A stretch of DNA of 63,694 nt, counting the filler, from Reclinomonas americana ATCC 50394 (lineage: Eukaryota), in assembly GCA_048213135.1 (NCBI GenBank). It is 10 parts of 5 records of this genome, joined end to end, with 100 filler letters (N's around TTAATTAATTAA, not from the genome) between each part and the next. Parts side by side here need not be neighbours in the genome. Positions count along the whole stretch, not along the records: positions 10,613 to 14,302 come from PS015101.1; positions 14,403 to 22,541 come from PS015102.1; positions 22,642 to 29,273 come from PS015102.1; positions 29,374 to 40,456 come from PS015102.1; positions 40,557 to 47,033 come from PS015102.1; 5 more parts are not named here. One strand, written 5' to 3'. Made by a program: the position numbers and the translations under genes. Under the pieces are notes generated by a model, which had not been told where the DNA came from, did not search any database, and saw only the letters and a program-made list of their open reading frames with translations. This document shows, in pieces, positions 11,810 through 40,600 of the stretch (the first letter of the stretch is position 1; the number at the start of each line of letters is the position of its first letter).

Positions 11810-14760
11810 ACTGTTGACACATTCCCTTGACTCCATTTCCTGCACACACTGAGCTTGATTCTCTATGGGAAGTCGTCCATGTTTCGTTCTTGTCCGCCAT
11901 CACCATTCTCCACATCCGTCACCTCCTCCCTCAGTCTCGCACAGTGACGCTTCATGCAGCATCTCACTCTGTTGCGACCTCACAGGCCGTGCTGTCCGTC
12001 GACATGCATGGCAGTCTTCTCCCTCTCACCACCTTTTCACGCTCACTTTCTGCTTCACGCGCTCACCATTCCATCAAGCACTCATCACTCCCTTCTTTCA
12101 AACACTCCTTGAAACGCTCACCACCCACACTTGTGCAGACCTCTTCTTGTTCTTCTTGTTCCTCTTCTTTTTTCTCTCCCTCTTCTTCGTCTTCTCTCTC
12201 TCTTTCTCGCTCGTTGCACACTTCTTTGTCTTATCTGCTTGTCCGTCGACTTGCATAGTTGTCATAGTATTCTCACTCCACAATGCACACACTCACCACT
12301 CACACTTGTGCACTTCTTCTCTTCTCTCTCCCGCGTCCATTGCCAGTTTCACTAATCAATCCCTGTGCACACGCAGCGCGCCGCGGAGTTGTTCATCGTG
12401 CAATTCAGCAGCTTCCCGGATGCCCAGTCGCGTCAGCTGTTCCAGCAGCACGTGATGTCTAAGGTACGAGCAGATCTTTGTGGAAGCAGTGAGCAACAAG
12501 CCGTCTGGCAGTGAGACTTTGCAGAATCACAACAGAGCTCACTCTTTCCTATAAAAATGCAGGTCGAATTCCTCACCTACATCCCCGACAACGCCTACGT
12601 GGTGCGCTGCACCGCAAGCACCGCTCGTGCGCTGTCTGTTCGTTCCTCTGCGATGGGCGCACAGTCGGCGGTGCAGTGGATTGGACAGTACTTGCCGGCG
12701 TATAAGCTCGCCGACACGCTGACGTTTCGTCTCTCCTCCTGTCACCAAGCACGTCGCGCACGGTGCTCATGTAGTGCCACACACACAAACAGTGAGAAGT
12801 CATTCGGTCTGCGCATGCACGTCGCCGTGCCGCAGTTGCCGCAGGTGGACGGCGTGGATTCGGCCGAGGTGCTGCGCCAGGTCAGCGAGGCACAGCCGGT
12901 GTCCGTCACCGTGCAGCAGTTTGCCGAGGGTGTGCGTCAGGCGCTCATCAACAGCGGGCATGTGGCTGCGGAGAGCGTGTGGGTGAGTTGGGCAACCGGA
13001 GAGGGGAGAAGGGGGGAGAAGGGGAGGAGAGAGAGGATTGAGATTGCGAGAGGTTGACGCAGGGAGGGAACGGAAATAGATGCAGATTGTGGAGACTCGA
13101 ATAGAGAGAGAGGGAGGGAGGAGAAATGAAAAGTGGGGAAGTGATGAGAAAGTACACTGTAAGGNNNNNNNNNNNNNNNNNNNNNNNNNNNNNNNNNNNN
13201 NNNNNNNNNNNNNNNNNNNNNNNNNNNNNNNNNNNNNNNNNNNNNNNNNNNNNNNNNNNNNNNNNNNNNNNNNNNNNNNNNNNNNNNNGTGGCCTACAAG
13301 GCCAAGGTCAGCTTCGAGGACGTCGGCGATGATCGTGGAGTTGTGTAGTAATTGCATCATAATGTTCGTCTTCCACTGCGCCTCTTCTCACGCATTCGCG
13401 CACAGGGTCTGTCGATTCCGGAGGACGTGGGCAACGATTTGTTGCAGCGCAGCTACGACGACGGTGCCCGCATCTTCTCGGCATCGTGGGGCGACGAAGA
13501 CAACTCGTACAGCACGTTTGAGCGCGACATTGACAGCTGGCTGTACGAGAACTCGGACGCCACCTTCCTGGTCGCCAACGGCAACGCGGGAGCCAGGGGT
13601 GCTCACAGTGTCGGCGGCCCGGCCACCTCCAAGAACGTGATCGGTTGCGTCCCCGACTTGTGTTGGAAATGTGTGTGTGTGTGTACGAGAGGGTAACCGC
13701 CTAACTCCGCCATTGCAGGTGTCGGTGCCTCGCGCAACGCATTCCTCTCGATTCCTGCTGGCGCTGCGCAGTTCGGTGGCAACCTGATGACGAAGCCGTT
13801 CCTCGATCAAGTGGGCATTGCTGACACGGATCCCGTTGATGGTTTGTCTCTTGTGTCTTTCTTATTATGATTGCTGCTCACCTCTATGGATGTGTCATTA
13901 CAGGTTGCATGCCGATCGTGAACGGTGCGGCCATTGCCGGCAAGATCGCCATGATCAAGCGCGGAAACTGCCCCTTCGTGGACAAGTTCAAGAATGCACA
14001 GCTTGCCGGCGCGGTGGTACGTGCAGCACATTGCGCGGCATTATGCTTCCCCCACCTCTCTCATCATTGTATTTCTCGACGCAGGCCGTGCTGATCATCA
14101 ACTACGATGATACGACGATTGGCATGATTGGCGACGACATGGGAGCGGTCACCATCCCGGGTCTGAGCATCGGTCTCTCGTCGGCGGCTCGCATTCGGTG
14201 CGTTTCTTTTGTTGTCGGTGCTTGCGCTGTTCCTCCTCCTTTACCGTCGCTGCTTGCGCTGCTCCTCCTCCTTGCCATCGCTGCTTGCGCCGCTGCTCCT
14301 CCNNNNNNNNNNNNNNNNNNNNNNNNNNNNNNNNNNNNNNNNNNNNTTAATTAATTAANNNNNNNNNNNNNNNNNNNNNNNNNNNNNNNNNNNNNNNNNN
14401 NNGAGAGAGAGAGAGACTGAGAGGTACGCCAAAGACAAAGAGGCTTGCAGACACACACTGGCACACACACACATTCACCCTCTCCCTCTCTCTCCTTCTC
14501 TTTCTCTGCAGATGAATGCGCAGTTCCCGGAGCTGTTCCAGGCCTTTGTGAACCCCAGTGGCCGCTCTGTCTCCTCTTCATGGGTGTACCCGCTCATTGG
14601 TGTGCTGTGTCTGGCCGCTGTGTGCGGCGTCGCCGGCTTTGCGCTCAGTGTGGCCATTCGATGGACGTTTACTCTCGGGTTGGCACTGGTGGTGGCCTAC
14701 CGACGTCGGCAGCGACGTCGGAGTGCGGCCAGCAAGGTGGAGAGCGACAAGGACAAGTAG
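11166..14760 (+). CDS. Subtilisin-like S8 protease (KP-43/TagC-like) with PA domain and C-terminal TM helix; parts missing in gaps
   Basis: Signal peptide; prodomain [43 protein letters not shown] domain [25 protein letters not shown]; hydrophobic segment near 14590-14700. Catalytic D/H/S exons not seen (presumably in N gaps). Confidence 0.85.
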
Positions 14761-15504
14761 AACGAAGTGAAGGAATCGAGTTTTTTTTTATGTTGCTCAC
14801 CTCGTTGCTGCAGTTGTGTGTGCGCGCGTGTTCGTGTTGCTGCTCTTATCGTCATCGTCGGCGGTAGTAGTCGTCGTCATCGCGGTAGCGGCGACTGCTG
14901 CTGCTGCTGCCGGAGCTGCGCAGTGATGAAGGGAACGTGTAAGTGGTGCAGGGAGGGCACAGCAGTACAGCGGAGGCGCACTCACCGATCGTCTTCACGG
15001 CTGCTGCGACGGCGACGGCTGCGGAGGGAGCAACAGTGGAGTCAGAGATGATGTTTCAAGAGAAGGTTGACATGACAGCTCACAACAGGAAAGGGAAAGG
15101 CGAGAGACGAGGCACACCACTGAACAGAGCTGACTCTTCAGCAGAGGCACAACAAGTGAAGGCGAATGAAAGGACTCTTCTCACACTTCGGAGCAGCAGC
15201 GACAGACCAGCAAGAGACTCTTCCACCCCGAGGCACAGTGGAATGCAAAGCCAGCAGGGAAGTAGAGGCAGAAAGAACTAGGATCGCGACAGAATGCAAC
15301 AATGTGCTCCACCGTTAGAGCGAGCGATAAAACATGAAAGCGAGACGATAAGGCAAGGACGACGCCGAGCACAGCACAACATGAGAGCAGATAATGCGAC
15401 ACGCAAAGAACTTCGCTCAAAGCCAGACAGAATCAGAGAGACACATGGCCGAGAAGACGAGGCGCCGCCTCTGCGCAGAGAGGACTCGCTCCCAACCACA
15501 CAAA

Positions 15505-15942
15505 ATCTGGAGAAGTCTGACAGTATGCAGTAAGGTTATCCTTAGCTCTCCCTGAGTGAGGAAGGAGTGCAGAAGCATGAGAGTCACCCACTTACTTCCC
15601 GAGACAAACATCTCCATGGCGAGGCACTGCCTCTCCAGCAGCATGCATATCAAGAAGGAGAAGCAACAGAATGGTCAAGGAGTCTGACAGAATGCAGCAA
15701 GGTTTCCTCAGCTCCCTCACTTCAGATAGGAAGACGACATGCAGATTCACCAGCTATATGAGACTCTCCCACTCTCTCTGTTCTCGAGACACACATCTAA
15801 AAGGCGAAGCACTACCTTTACAGCAGAATGGCGAGGCCAACAGGGAGTAGCAGCAGAATGGTCACGGAGTCTGACCGAGTGCAGCAAGGATTCATCAGGT
15901 CCCACCACTTCAGTGAGGAAGTCGTCATGCAGAGCTGTATGA

Positions 15943-15945
<3 letters not shown>
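15505..15945 (+). repeat. Three degenerate direct repeats (~155-190 bp unit)
   Basis: Core gagtctgacagaatgcagcaagg-like blocks at ~15517, ~15680 and ~15868, each followed by cttcag/ctgagtgaggaag and tgagact/gagagtc blocks. Confidence 0.7.
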
Positions 15946-16007
<62 letters not shown>

Positions 16008-16328
16008 NNNNNNNNNNNNNNNNNNNNNNNNNNNNNNNNNNNNNNNNNNNNNNNNNNNNNNNNNNNNNNNNNNNNNNNNNNNNNNNNNNNNNNNNNNNNN
16101 NNNNNNNNNNNNNNNNNNNNNNNNNNNNNNNNNNNNNNNNNNNNNNNNNNNNNNNNNNNNNNNNNNNNNNNNNNNNNNNNNNNNNNNNNNNNNNNNNNNN
16201 NNNNNNNNNNNNNNNNNNNNNNNNNNNNNGTACGTACGTACGTACGTACCGTACGTACCGTACGTACGTACGTACGTACGGTACGTACGTACGTACGTAC
16301 GTACGTACGTACGTACGTACGTCGTACG

Positions 16329-16395
<67 letters not shown>

Positions 16396-16545
16396 GCAGC
16401 ATGCACTCACTTCTTTCCCAGCAATTACTGTCAATGTACTCACTCCTCCCTCTCCCCATCCCTCTCCCTCCCCCCATCCCCTCCTCCCCCTCCCCATCTC
16501 CTCTCCCCCTCCCCATCCCTTCCCTCTACCTTCTTCCCCCTTCCC

Positions 16546-17797
16546 TCACCTATCATAATCATAATCCTCATGCTCCCTCTCACGATCCCGGCGACTGCGA
16601 TCACGATCCCTCGCAAAATCGCGATCCCTATCACGATCACGATCACGATCACGGTCGCGATCGCGCGAATCACTTCGTGGCGCGGCGTAGGAGCCACCGA
16701 CTGCCGACGACGAGATGCCGGCGGGCGGAGGTGGTGGTGGCGGGAGACCGCCACTGCCACCACCACCACCACCAAGACGCGCCTTGACGAGCTCCTCGTA
16801 CTTGGTGCGAATCCTGTCGTAGCCAATGTGCACCTTGCCCGTGAAATGATCACGCAGCCGCTCCTCGCTGTCGAGCACCGACAGCTGCGCACCGCACTTG
16901 TCGCACACAATCATTTGCTGCTCCTTGCCCTCGAAATTCGGCAGCTTCGCCTGCAACTCGGCCTTCTTGGCCTTCAACGCCTCCACCTCCGCCAGGAGCG
17001 CCTGCGCAGCGTCGACCTCGCCCTCCTCGCCCTTGGCGTTCGCCTCCTGCAGCTTGTCGCTGATTTGCATTTGCAGCTCCGTGAGTTCCGGGTGCTGCGT
17101 GGAAGAGATGAGTGTGAGAGAGACGCATGGCGAGTGTTCCTTTGTTGAGTAAAAGACCTCCTGTTGTGCGGCCTGCTTCTGCGCCTCCAATCGCCTCTTG
17201 GTGCGATTGATGCGATCGTCGGCGTCGCGAATGAGGCGATCGAGCAGGTTCTCCAAATCGCGCTCGTACCCGTAATTTCGCCCGCCGCGCTTTCGATCCT
17301 CCGCGTATGCGTCCTTCCACTCGTCGGGCGCCGGGCACAACTCAAACGGGCACGGTCCAAGGTCAAGTTTCGTGTTGCTGTCATTAAACAAATGAGTGCG
17401 CACTCTTTTGCACAAAAGTGTGTGCTTGTTGTGACGCAACGGGAAGAGTGTGTATGGGCAGAGGCCGCACAGGTCGTTCTTGCAGATGCGGTCGTCGCTA
17501 AAGTGCGTCACTGGCACCTCCACAGTGTCGCCATTGCGATTCTGACGTCACCCAGACAAACATGCATGCTGGTAAGAGATCGCGTTTTGTGTGTGAGAGA
17601 GCGTGTGTGCATGTGCGTACCTTGCCCATGAGCTCATCGAGCAGGCGTCGCTGTTCATCCTGCACACCACAGAGAGAAGTGTGAGTGATTGAGTGCGCCA
17701 TGTCGACGACACGCGACAACGGAATGAGAGCGCGTGCTGCGCGCGTGACTGCAGCGTGCGTGTGTGTGAATGCAGCGTGCGGAATGCTCACCACCAT
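16546..17797 (-). CDS. LUC7: U1 snRNP-associated splicing factor LUC7
   Basis: MV|DEQRRLLDELMGK|NRNGD...CKNDLCGLCPYTLFP|NTKLDLGPC...; ZnF2 VCDKCGAQLSVLDSEERLRDHFTGKVHIGY; RD/RE-rich tail. The 3' end may extend via a donor near 16549. Confidence 0.95.
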
Positions 17798-18176
17798 GTC
17801 TCTTGCGCGCGGTGTGTAGTGTGTTGCAGAATCCGTCGATCGGCGCTCCGTGGCACTTTGGTTCAAGTGGGAAGGGAAACGAAGCGGCCGCGGCGTGAGT
17901 GGGGAAGAGCGTGCAAGAAAATGGAAAGCGACAGACGTGCACAGCGACCAGCGCGAAAAAATTGAAGCCGAGTAAAGAAAAAATTGTTCGAATTCATTCT
18001 TCCACACTTACGCTTTGCATGCTGTGTGCTCTACACTGCATGTGTTGCACAAGCAGCGACAACAGAGCTCGTTGTTTGCCGCCTTCCCCACATATGCGGG
18101 CCTTGCCACCTCCGATATCATTTTCCATCGATCGGCACTCCACCACACTTACTTCAATTCGGCCCACGCACGCACC

Positions 18177-28799
<10,623 letters not shown>

Positions 28800-28963
28800 T
28801 GTGGCTGCCTCTCTAGCCTCCCCTCTGTTGCCGCGAGAACACAACAAAAGAAATGGACCTCAGCATCTTTTGAGAATGAATGTATCAGTACTAAAGAGTC
28901 TTTAGCATTACACAGATTGAGATTGATCATTCCAATTCTTTCCGCCCTCGCACTCGACATTGC

Positions 28964-34213
<5,250 letters not shown>

Positions 34214-34600
34214 TTCATGCGAAATCGAATTCCAAGCGATGTTTCTTAACCGGCAAGCGCGCTGCATTTTTGCGCGCTTTGACACAGTCCTCCACACCGA
34301 CGACGTCTCTCAACTCGCACAAAGAAATCAACAAAAACACATTGACGTCGCATGTCCCACAACAACTTCAGACACAAAATCAATAAGCGAGGTAAGCACT
34401 CCTCCGCTCACCACCACTCTCTGTCCACACATTCCCCCCCACACACACGCACACGCGCGCTCTCCTCCTCACACACACACAATCAAAGAGAGCGCAGTGT
34501 GTCAGTTTACAATCACATATTGCTGTCGGTCGTTGGCGAGTGCCCACACATATTGCTCACTCACTCTCTTACGCACACACAGAGGGCGTGAGAGGCAACC

Positions 34601-37600
34601 ATGGCATCCATGGACCTGCGCACCCGCGCCCGCACTCTCGCCCGCCGTCGCGGCCTGGAGACCGTCTCCCGCCTCTCCGCTGCTCGCTCCTCCCAATACG
34701 CCGCCGGCCTGCAAGCCGCCCCTCCGCCCGCCACCGCCACCCCTCTCATGACGTCACTGGTGACTCACAACGAGCCACTGTCCATCACGCTGATGGAGGT
34801 GCGCTCGCCGTTGCATGCGCCGACAATGACTCGCGCGGCAATGACGCGACCGCGGAGTGCGCCCATGCCGACTCCGCCTCCGCCGACTTCTACACTCTCC
34901 ACTGCTGCACTGATGCAGAAGGTGCGTGCGGACCTGGCACAGCCGGTGGTTTCCCCGCGCTCGGCGTCGACCGCGAGCAGCAGTCTCGATCAGTGGATGT
35001 ACACGCAGCGGTATCAGGCGCGCGGTTCGAGTAGTGGCAGCAGTCGTCCGCACTCGCCTACGCAGACTATCGATCGTCCGCTGTCGCCCACGCGTCCGCC
35101 GAGCTCCAAGAGTCGCCAGCAGGTGCAGAGTCGACGCGGATCAATGCTGGCGCGCTCGAAGAATGGGCGTGTGGACACGGCGTATCATGCGGAGGAGGAT
35201 CTGGCGGTGCAGCGCGAGTACGAGAAGCGCTTTGCACTGGCCGCACCGCCCACTCCTGAGCTGCAGCTGGAGTCGGCGCGGTTGCGCGCTGGCAAGGCCA
35301 AGGGAGGTGCTGCTGAGGCATCACAGCAACAACAACAAGAGCAGAAGACGGGGAGTGACGCAGCTCCACCACCACCACCACCTCCTCCTCCTGCTGCTGC
35401 TGAGGAGAAAACTGGCGAAGGCGACGAGGGCGACGACGACGATGACGATGAGTTCATTCAAGACGATCCTGGTGATGATGGAGACGATGCTGCGGGAGCT
35501 GGAGGTGAGGCTGATTGTTGGCAGAGAGCTCATTTGCTCGCATATCTCCTCACATGCGCGTGTTGTGATGTAGATGCCAAGCCCGCTCCATCAGTGCATG
35601 ATGCCAATGGCTCGGCGACTGCGGCGGCGGATCAGCAGCAACCATCGTCATCGCCGACGGAGAATGGTGGTGGCGGTCATCCGACGCCCCCAAAGTTGCC
35701 GCCTTCGCCGGCGGCGGCACGGAGAGCACGCAGTTCTCGCTCACGTCCTTCTCGTCTCAACACGAGTCAGCAGGGCGAGGTGGAGGATGTGCCGGAGCCG
35801 ACGGCCGACAGTGCTCCGCTCGGAGCGTGGCAGGCGAACGAACCCAAGTTGCATTTGTATTGGTGTCAGTATTTAGCATGTTGTTCGTCTGTGTGTATGC
35901 ATCGCTGACGCGTTGCTGGAGCAGGCCGAGTGTGCGACCGGCTGTCGCTGCCGGTAATGAGGTCCGCCAGATGCTTTCAGCTGAGCGGCCGCGTTCTGCT
36001 GGATTGTTGCGTGTCTTTGCGGGCATCACGGAGTAATTATCTCTCTCACTCTCTCTCGTCCATTTCCTCTTCGTCGTCTTCCTGTTCGTCTTCTTCTCCT
36101 CCTCTCTCTCTCTCTCTCTCGTGTTCTCTCTATTGTGTGACTTGAGATGACAGTGAGTTCTTGTCGTTCCATGCTATTCTTGCACTCCCTTCTTTCTCAT
36201 TCTATCTCTGCCTTGCTCTTGTCTTTCTCTCTCGCGCACTCTCATGCGTTCTCCTTCTGCCTCAGCGCGGCGTGGCCAATCTGGGATTGGTCATCAATCT
36301 CATCATGCCTTTTCTTCATTCTGATATCCTTCTCTGTCTTTCCCAATGTTGATCTCAGTTGTCACTCGTGTTCTCTCTCATGCCCTCCTCATCCGTTCTT
36401 CTCGGTTTGGCCATTGGTTAGCTTGTGTTAACTTTGACGGAGCACTTATAGTCTTCATGCTTGATGCACTGGCTTTCCCTCTCTGTGCCTCTTCCTCCTT
36501 GATGTTCTCTTTCTCTCTGCCTCCCTCTCTCCCCTCCCCTCTTGCCCTCCTTTCTTCCCCCTCTCCCCTTCCGTCTTGTCTCCTCTTTCGCGCTTACGAC
36601 AATCAACCTCAGCTCCGAAGCACAATTATCGACCATGAGCGTGTTCCTGCAACACTCGGCGCGGCGCCCCGCCAGTGCCCTGCCGACGAGTGAGTCCCTC
36701 CTGTCCCCCGCCTCTTCTCCTCTCGCCTGCCGCTCATGGTCCCCCACAGATCGCTCTCCATCGTCACCAGCAGGCGCACACGCCATGTCATCGTCCGCCG
36801 AGTATCCGCTGACACCCGTGGCCAAGTGCTGGGGTGCGGGGTTCGTGCTCAACTCGCCGACTGCCAACGCAGCTGGCGAGGGACGATCGCACCGTCGTGC
36901 AGCACCGCACGACGAGGGAGCAGCGTTTCGCACGTCAGAGGTGTGTGTGGCGTGCCGCGCTGATGATTTTTAACGGTGCACTGACTCTGTAAGTAGTACA
37001 TTGAGCGCAACATTTTGGAGGACGGTCTGCAACAGTACAGCACCGTGGTGCTGTCGCTGCAGGGTGTGCCGCGGCCACCGTCGGTTCGTAACTGAACTCT
37101 GCTAAAATCGGGTCTTCCTCGCCTTCTCACTCATTGCCAACAGGCTGGTGCAAATGGCGGATCACCGCGCACGCATGCGAGTCCGCGCGTGAATGGCAAG
37201 CAACGCCCGCAGTCAGCCACCGCCAGTCGCATGTCTGCCGTGGATCAGCTGTACAGTTCAGCCGCCTACGGAGCCATGAGCCGTGGCGGCGGTGGATTCG
37301 CCACGGGTCGGCGCGGCCCCTCGGCCATGTCGTACGAAGACTTGCGGTGCGTCATCCTTTTCGCGTTCCCTCCCGAGTTTGTGTGTGTGCCCATCTCTCA
37401 TTCCAAATGTTCGCACAGCTCTCTCAGTGCATCACGTGGCGGTGGTCCACCGGCCCCGCCGCCAGCATCGCCGCCGGGCAAGACCACCGGTCGTGGGCCC
37501 ACATACTATCGGCACTCCAAGGCCGCTCAGCAACTGCACAATCCACCGCCGCGCTCCACGGCCACGGCCGATTTTCCCACGCATCCATCGTCATCGCATT

Positions 37601-40600
37601 TTACGTATGGCACCGGCCATCAAGGTGCTGTGGTCATCGATAATTTTTGCGTGGCTTTGACGTCGGTGACTTACGCGAACCCGCCATGCAGTGTCGTTTG
37701 ATCACCACCCCGACGTGTACATTCCCGGTGGTCACTACGGCCATTACAGCAATTTTAGCGACCGCAAGACGGCGTCGTATGGTGAGGCGCCGGCGTCAAT
37801 GCAGTGGGATCCGCATGCCGACGAGCGGATACCGCAGACTGTACAGGAGCAGCAATCTGGTTTGTGTGAATGTGCCACTTGGAGGCGATGCCGATCGAAG
37901 ACTGAATCAATTGCCGTGTACAGCGCTCATGACCATGTACGGCCGCCAAGCGTCGGCATCGCTGCAATCGCCGCGATCCAATGGCCCGCGTGCAGCATCA
38001 CCTGATGTGCGTGCTCTTCCTGCATGTTCTCGAATGCATTCTGATTTCTTACCTCCATAATAGACACCACGGCAAGAGGTTCGACGCTTCGAGATGAAAG
38101 CATACCAGCGAACAGGAGTTTGGTAGCGTTCTTTGCAGGCCGATATCTTTTGCTGTGTCTCACGTGCTAGTGTTGCAGGACGACGAGATGCGCGAGAGGG
38201 CGATCATGGTGGAGAAGCATCTGAAGGACTGCTTGCATGGGGCGCCATCGGTGCGCGTCGAAGCGTACACCAAGGTATGTTGAAGAAACTTGCAGGCTCG
38301 ATGCTCGATGTTGACGGTTGACGGTTTTTTCTCTTGCCTCGCAGATCATGCAGCAAGCACTGAAGAGCAGCCACTACCAGCAGCTCATGGCAAGCATGGG
38401 CGGCACGCAAATGTTGGCCCAGCGCCTGACCATGTGTCCATTTGATCAAAAGGTGAGCACCTGACGAGTCACTCTCTCTCCGCTCTCACGGTACTCACCT
38501 CACCACCGCAGCAAGAGCCATCGACGCCGGTGAGACCACCCACTGTCAGCGCCACTGCCGCGCTGCCGGAAGTTGTGGGCGTACCAGCTGTTGCCATTCC
38601 TCGTCTGGTATGCCGCGGTGCCCAGCAGCTCACTTGCGTTGTTGCCACTCATAATTTATTCCCTCTCTCGCGCAGCAGGACGTGGCGGATAGTGGCTCCA
38701 CCACGGTGCTGGTGGACGGCGGCTCTGTTGCCTCACTAGGACGGGTTCGTGCACACTCAACCGTCACCACTCGTGCTGCCTCCGCTCACCTCGTCTCACA
38801 GACCATGACGTCGCCGACGGGAATGGTCATCACCATGCCCCTCGTGCAATCACCGTCATCGTACGGATCCAAGACCGGCATCGTGCCTCCGCACCCGCGC
38901 TCTATGGTGGCCTCGGCTCGCAATTCATCGCGCCTGGTGGACGAGTCCACCGAGAACCTATCGGTACTCACTCGCGTCGTGAGCTCACCTCGAACGGGGG
39001 AGGAGCGTCGTCCGGCCAGTGCGGTGGGCGTCGATGGCGGCCCGGTATCGGGTCGCGTTCACCGACCCACCAGTGCACCGTTGCGTGGTGCTGTCGTTCG
39101 GCAAAGCTGGGCGGAAGGAGTGTGACTTATGTCGATGCTCACAGAAGTTCTGCTGCTGCTGGTACTACTGTGGACGGAGAGTCGGCCTCGAATGTGCATC
39201 TGCGACCTTCCGAGGCGCGTCCGCTCATTCTCGCCGTCTCGGCATTGTGCATGCGTCACGCGCATCTTCTCGAGGACGAGAACCCGAATGGAGCTATTTT
39301 CCGCCGCGTCGGTTGCATGCAGAAACTCGTGCGGTGAGCAGGCGTACTTCCCAGCTGCTGTCACCTTACCGCTGAGAGACTGACGTGCTAATGTGCAGCA
39401 TTCTGAACGTGGAAAGCTCGCGCTCGGTGCTGCAGCCGTACCTGATCGATGTGTTCCGTTTTCTGTTTGACGGCAGTGCCGAGGTACATGCTCAATGCAT
39501 TGGTTTTATTCTCTCTCACTCTCACCAAGGAACTCAACGGCGTCGTCACACAGAACCAAGCCGAGTTTCGCATGCAAGGCGGTGTGGAGAAGCTACTCGA
39601 GCTGCTGCACGCGCCAAAGTTGGAGGTCCCCGAGCAGATTGTCGTGACGTCGCTGGTCTCCGTGGTCATTCGCACGAATCCTGAGAACCGCAAGTTCTTC
39701 CTGGGCAACAATGGCCTCGGTCTGCTGGTACCGCTGCTGCTTTCCACGCTCGAACAAGTGCAGCGCCTACGTGCTCTGCACATGAAGAAGAAGGGTGGGA
39801 AGGATGAGAAGCCGGCAGAGGGCAGACGATCGAAAAAGTCCGCAGCAAGTTTCGTCCTCTTTATGAGTCTCTGAATGTGGTGGGTTCATGTTACTCACGC
39901 ACGTGAATGCAGTCATCGGCAAGTCGCTGGCCGAATCGCAGGAGATTCTGAGGCAGGCGGCCGCCGCTGCCTTTGCTGCCCTCGGTTGCTGCGCACGCGG
40001 CGAGGACTCGGACTCGGTGCGCGAAACGGTACAGTAGAAGGGGTGGAGGGTGTTCTTCGTATTGGGAGAAGAAGACTCACACTGTGTGCGTTGCTGCAGT
40101 TGCGAGAGAAGAAAGTCGTGGAACAGTGCATTCCGCTGTTGCGGGAGCGCGAGATTCTGGTGGAGATCTTGCCGGCATTCAAGGACATGTGCGACAGCGA
40201 TGTGGCGCAGCAGGACGAATTTCGCACGAACGGTGGGAAGGAGAAGTTTGTGGAGGAGACGTTCATCTTCTCGGTTTGCTCACTGGCGTTGTGTGTGGAT
40301 ATCAGGTGGCCTCCCGCTGCTCAAGAGCATCCTCGACGACTCGCGCTGCGACAGCCGCCTGAAGACCTTGTGTCTCATTCTGGTGACCACGCTCACCCAG
40401 GGTAATCCGCTCAATTTGCAGGCCATGGTGGATGAGGTGCGGTGTGGGGGAAAGGTNNNNNNNNNNNNNNNNNNNNNNNNNNNNNNNNNNNNNNNNNNNN
40501 TTAATTAATTAANNNNNNNNNNNNNNNNNNNNNNNNNNNNNNNNNNNNNNNNNNNNGTAGAGGGGGAAGGGGGGGTGGGGAGAGAGAGAAGGGAGGAGGA

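Noticed and set aside
16230-16328. Self-complementary (TACG)n array (similar noise at 46960-47033)
   Set aside because: Abuts gaps and matches the TACG pyrosequencing flow order; probably read-end artefact.
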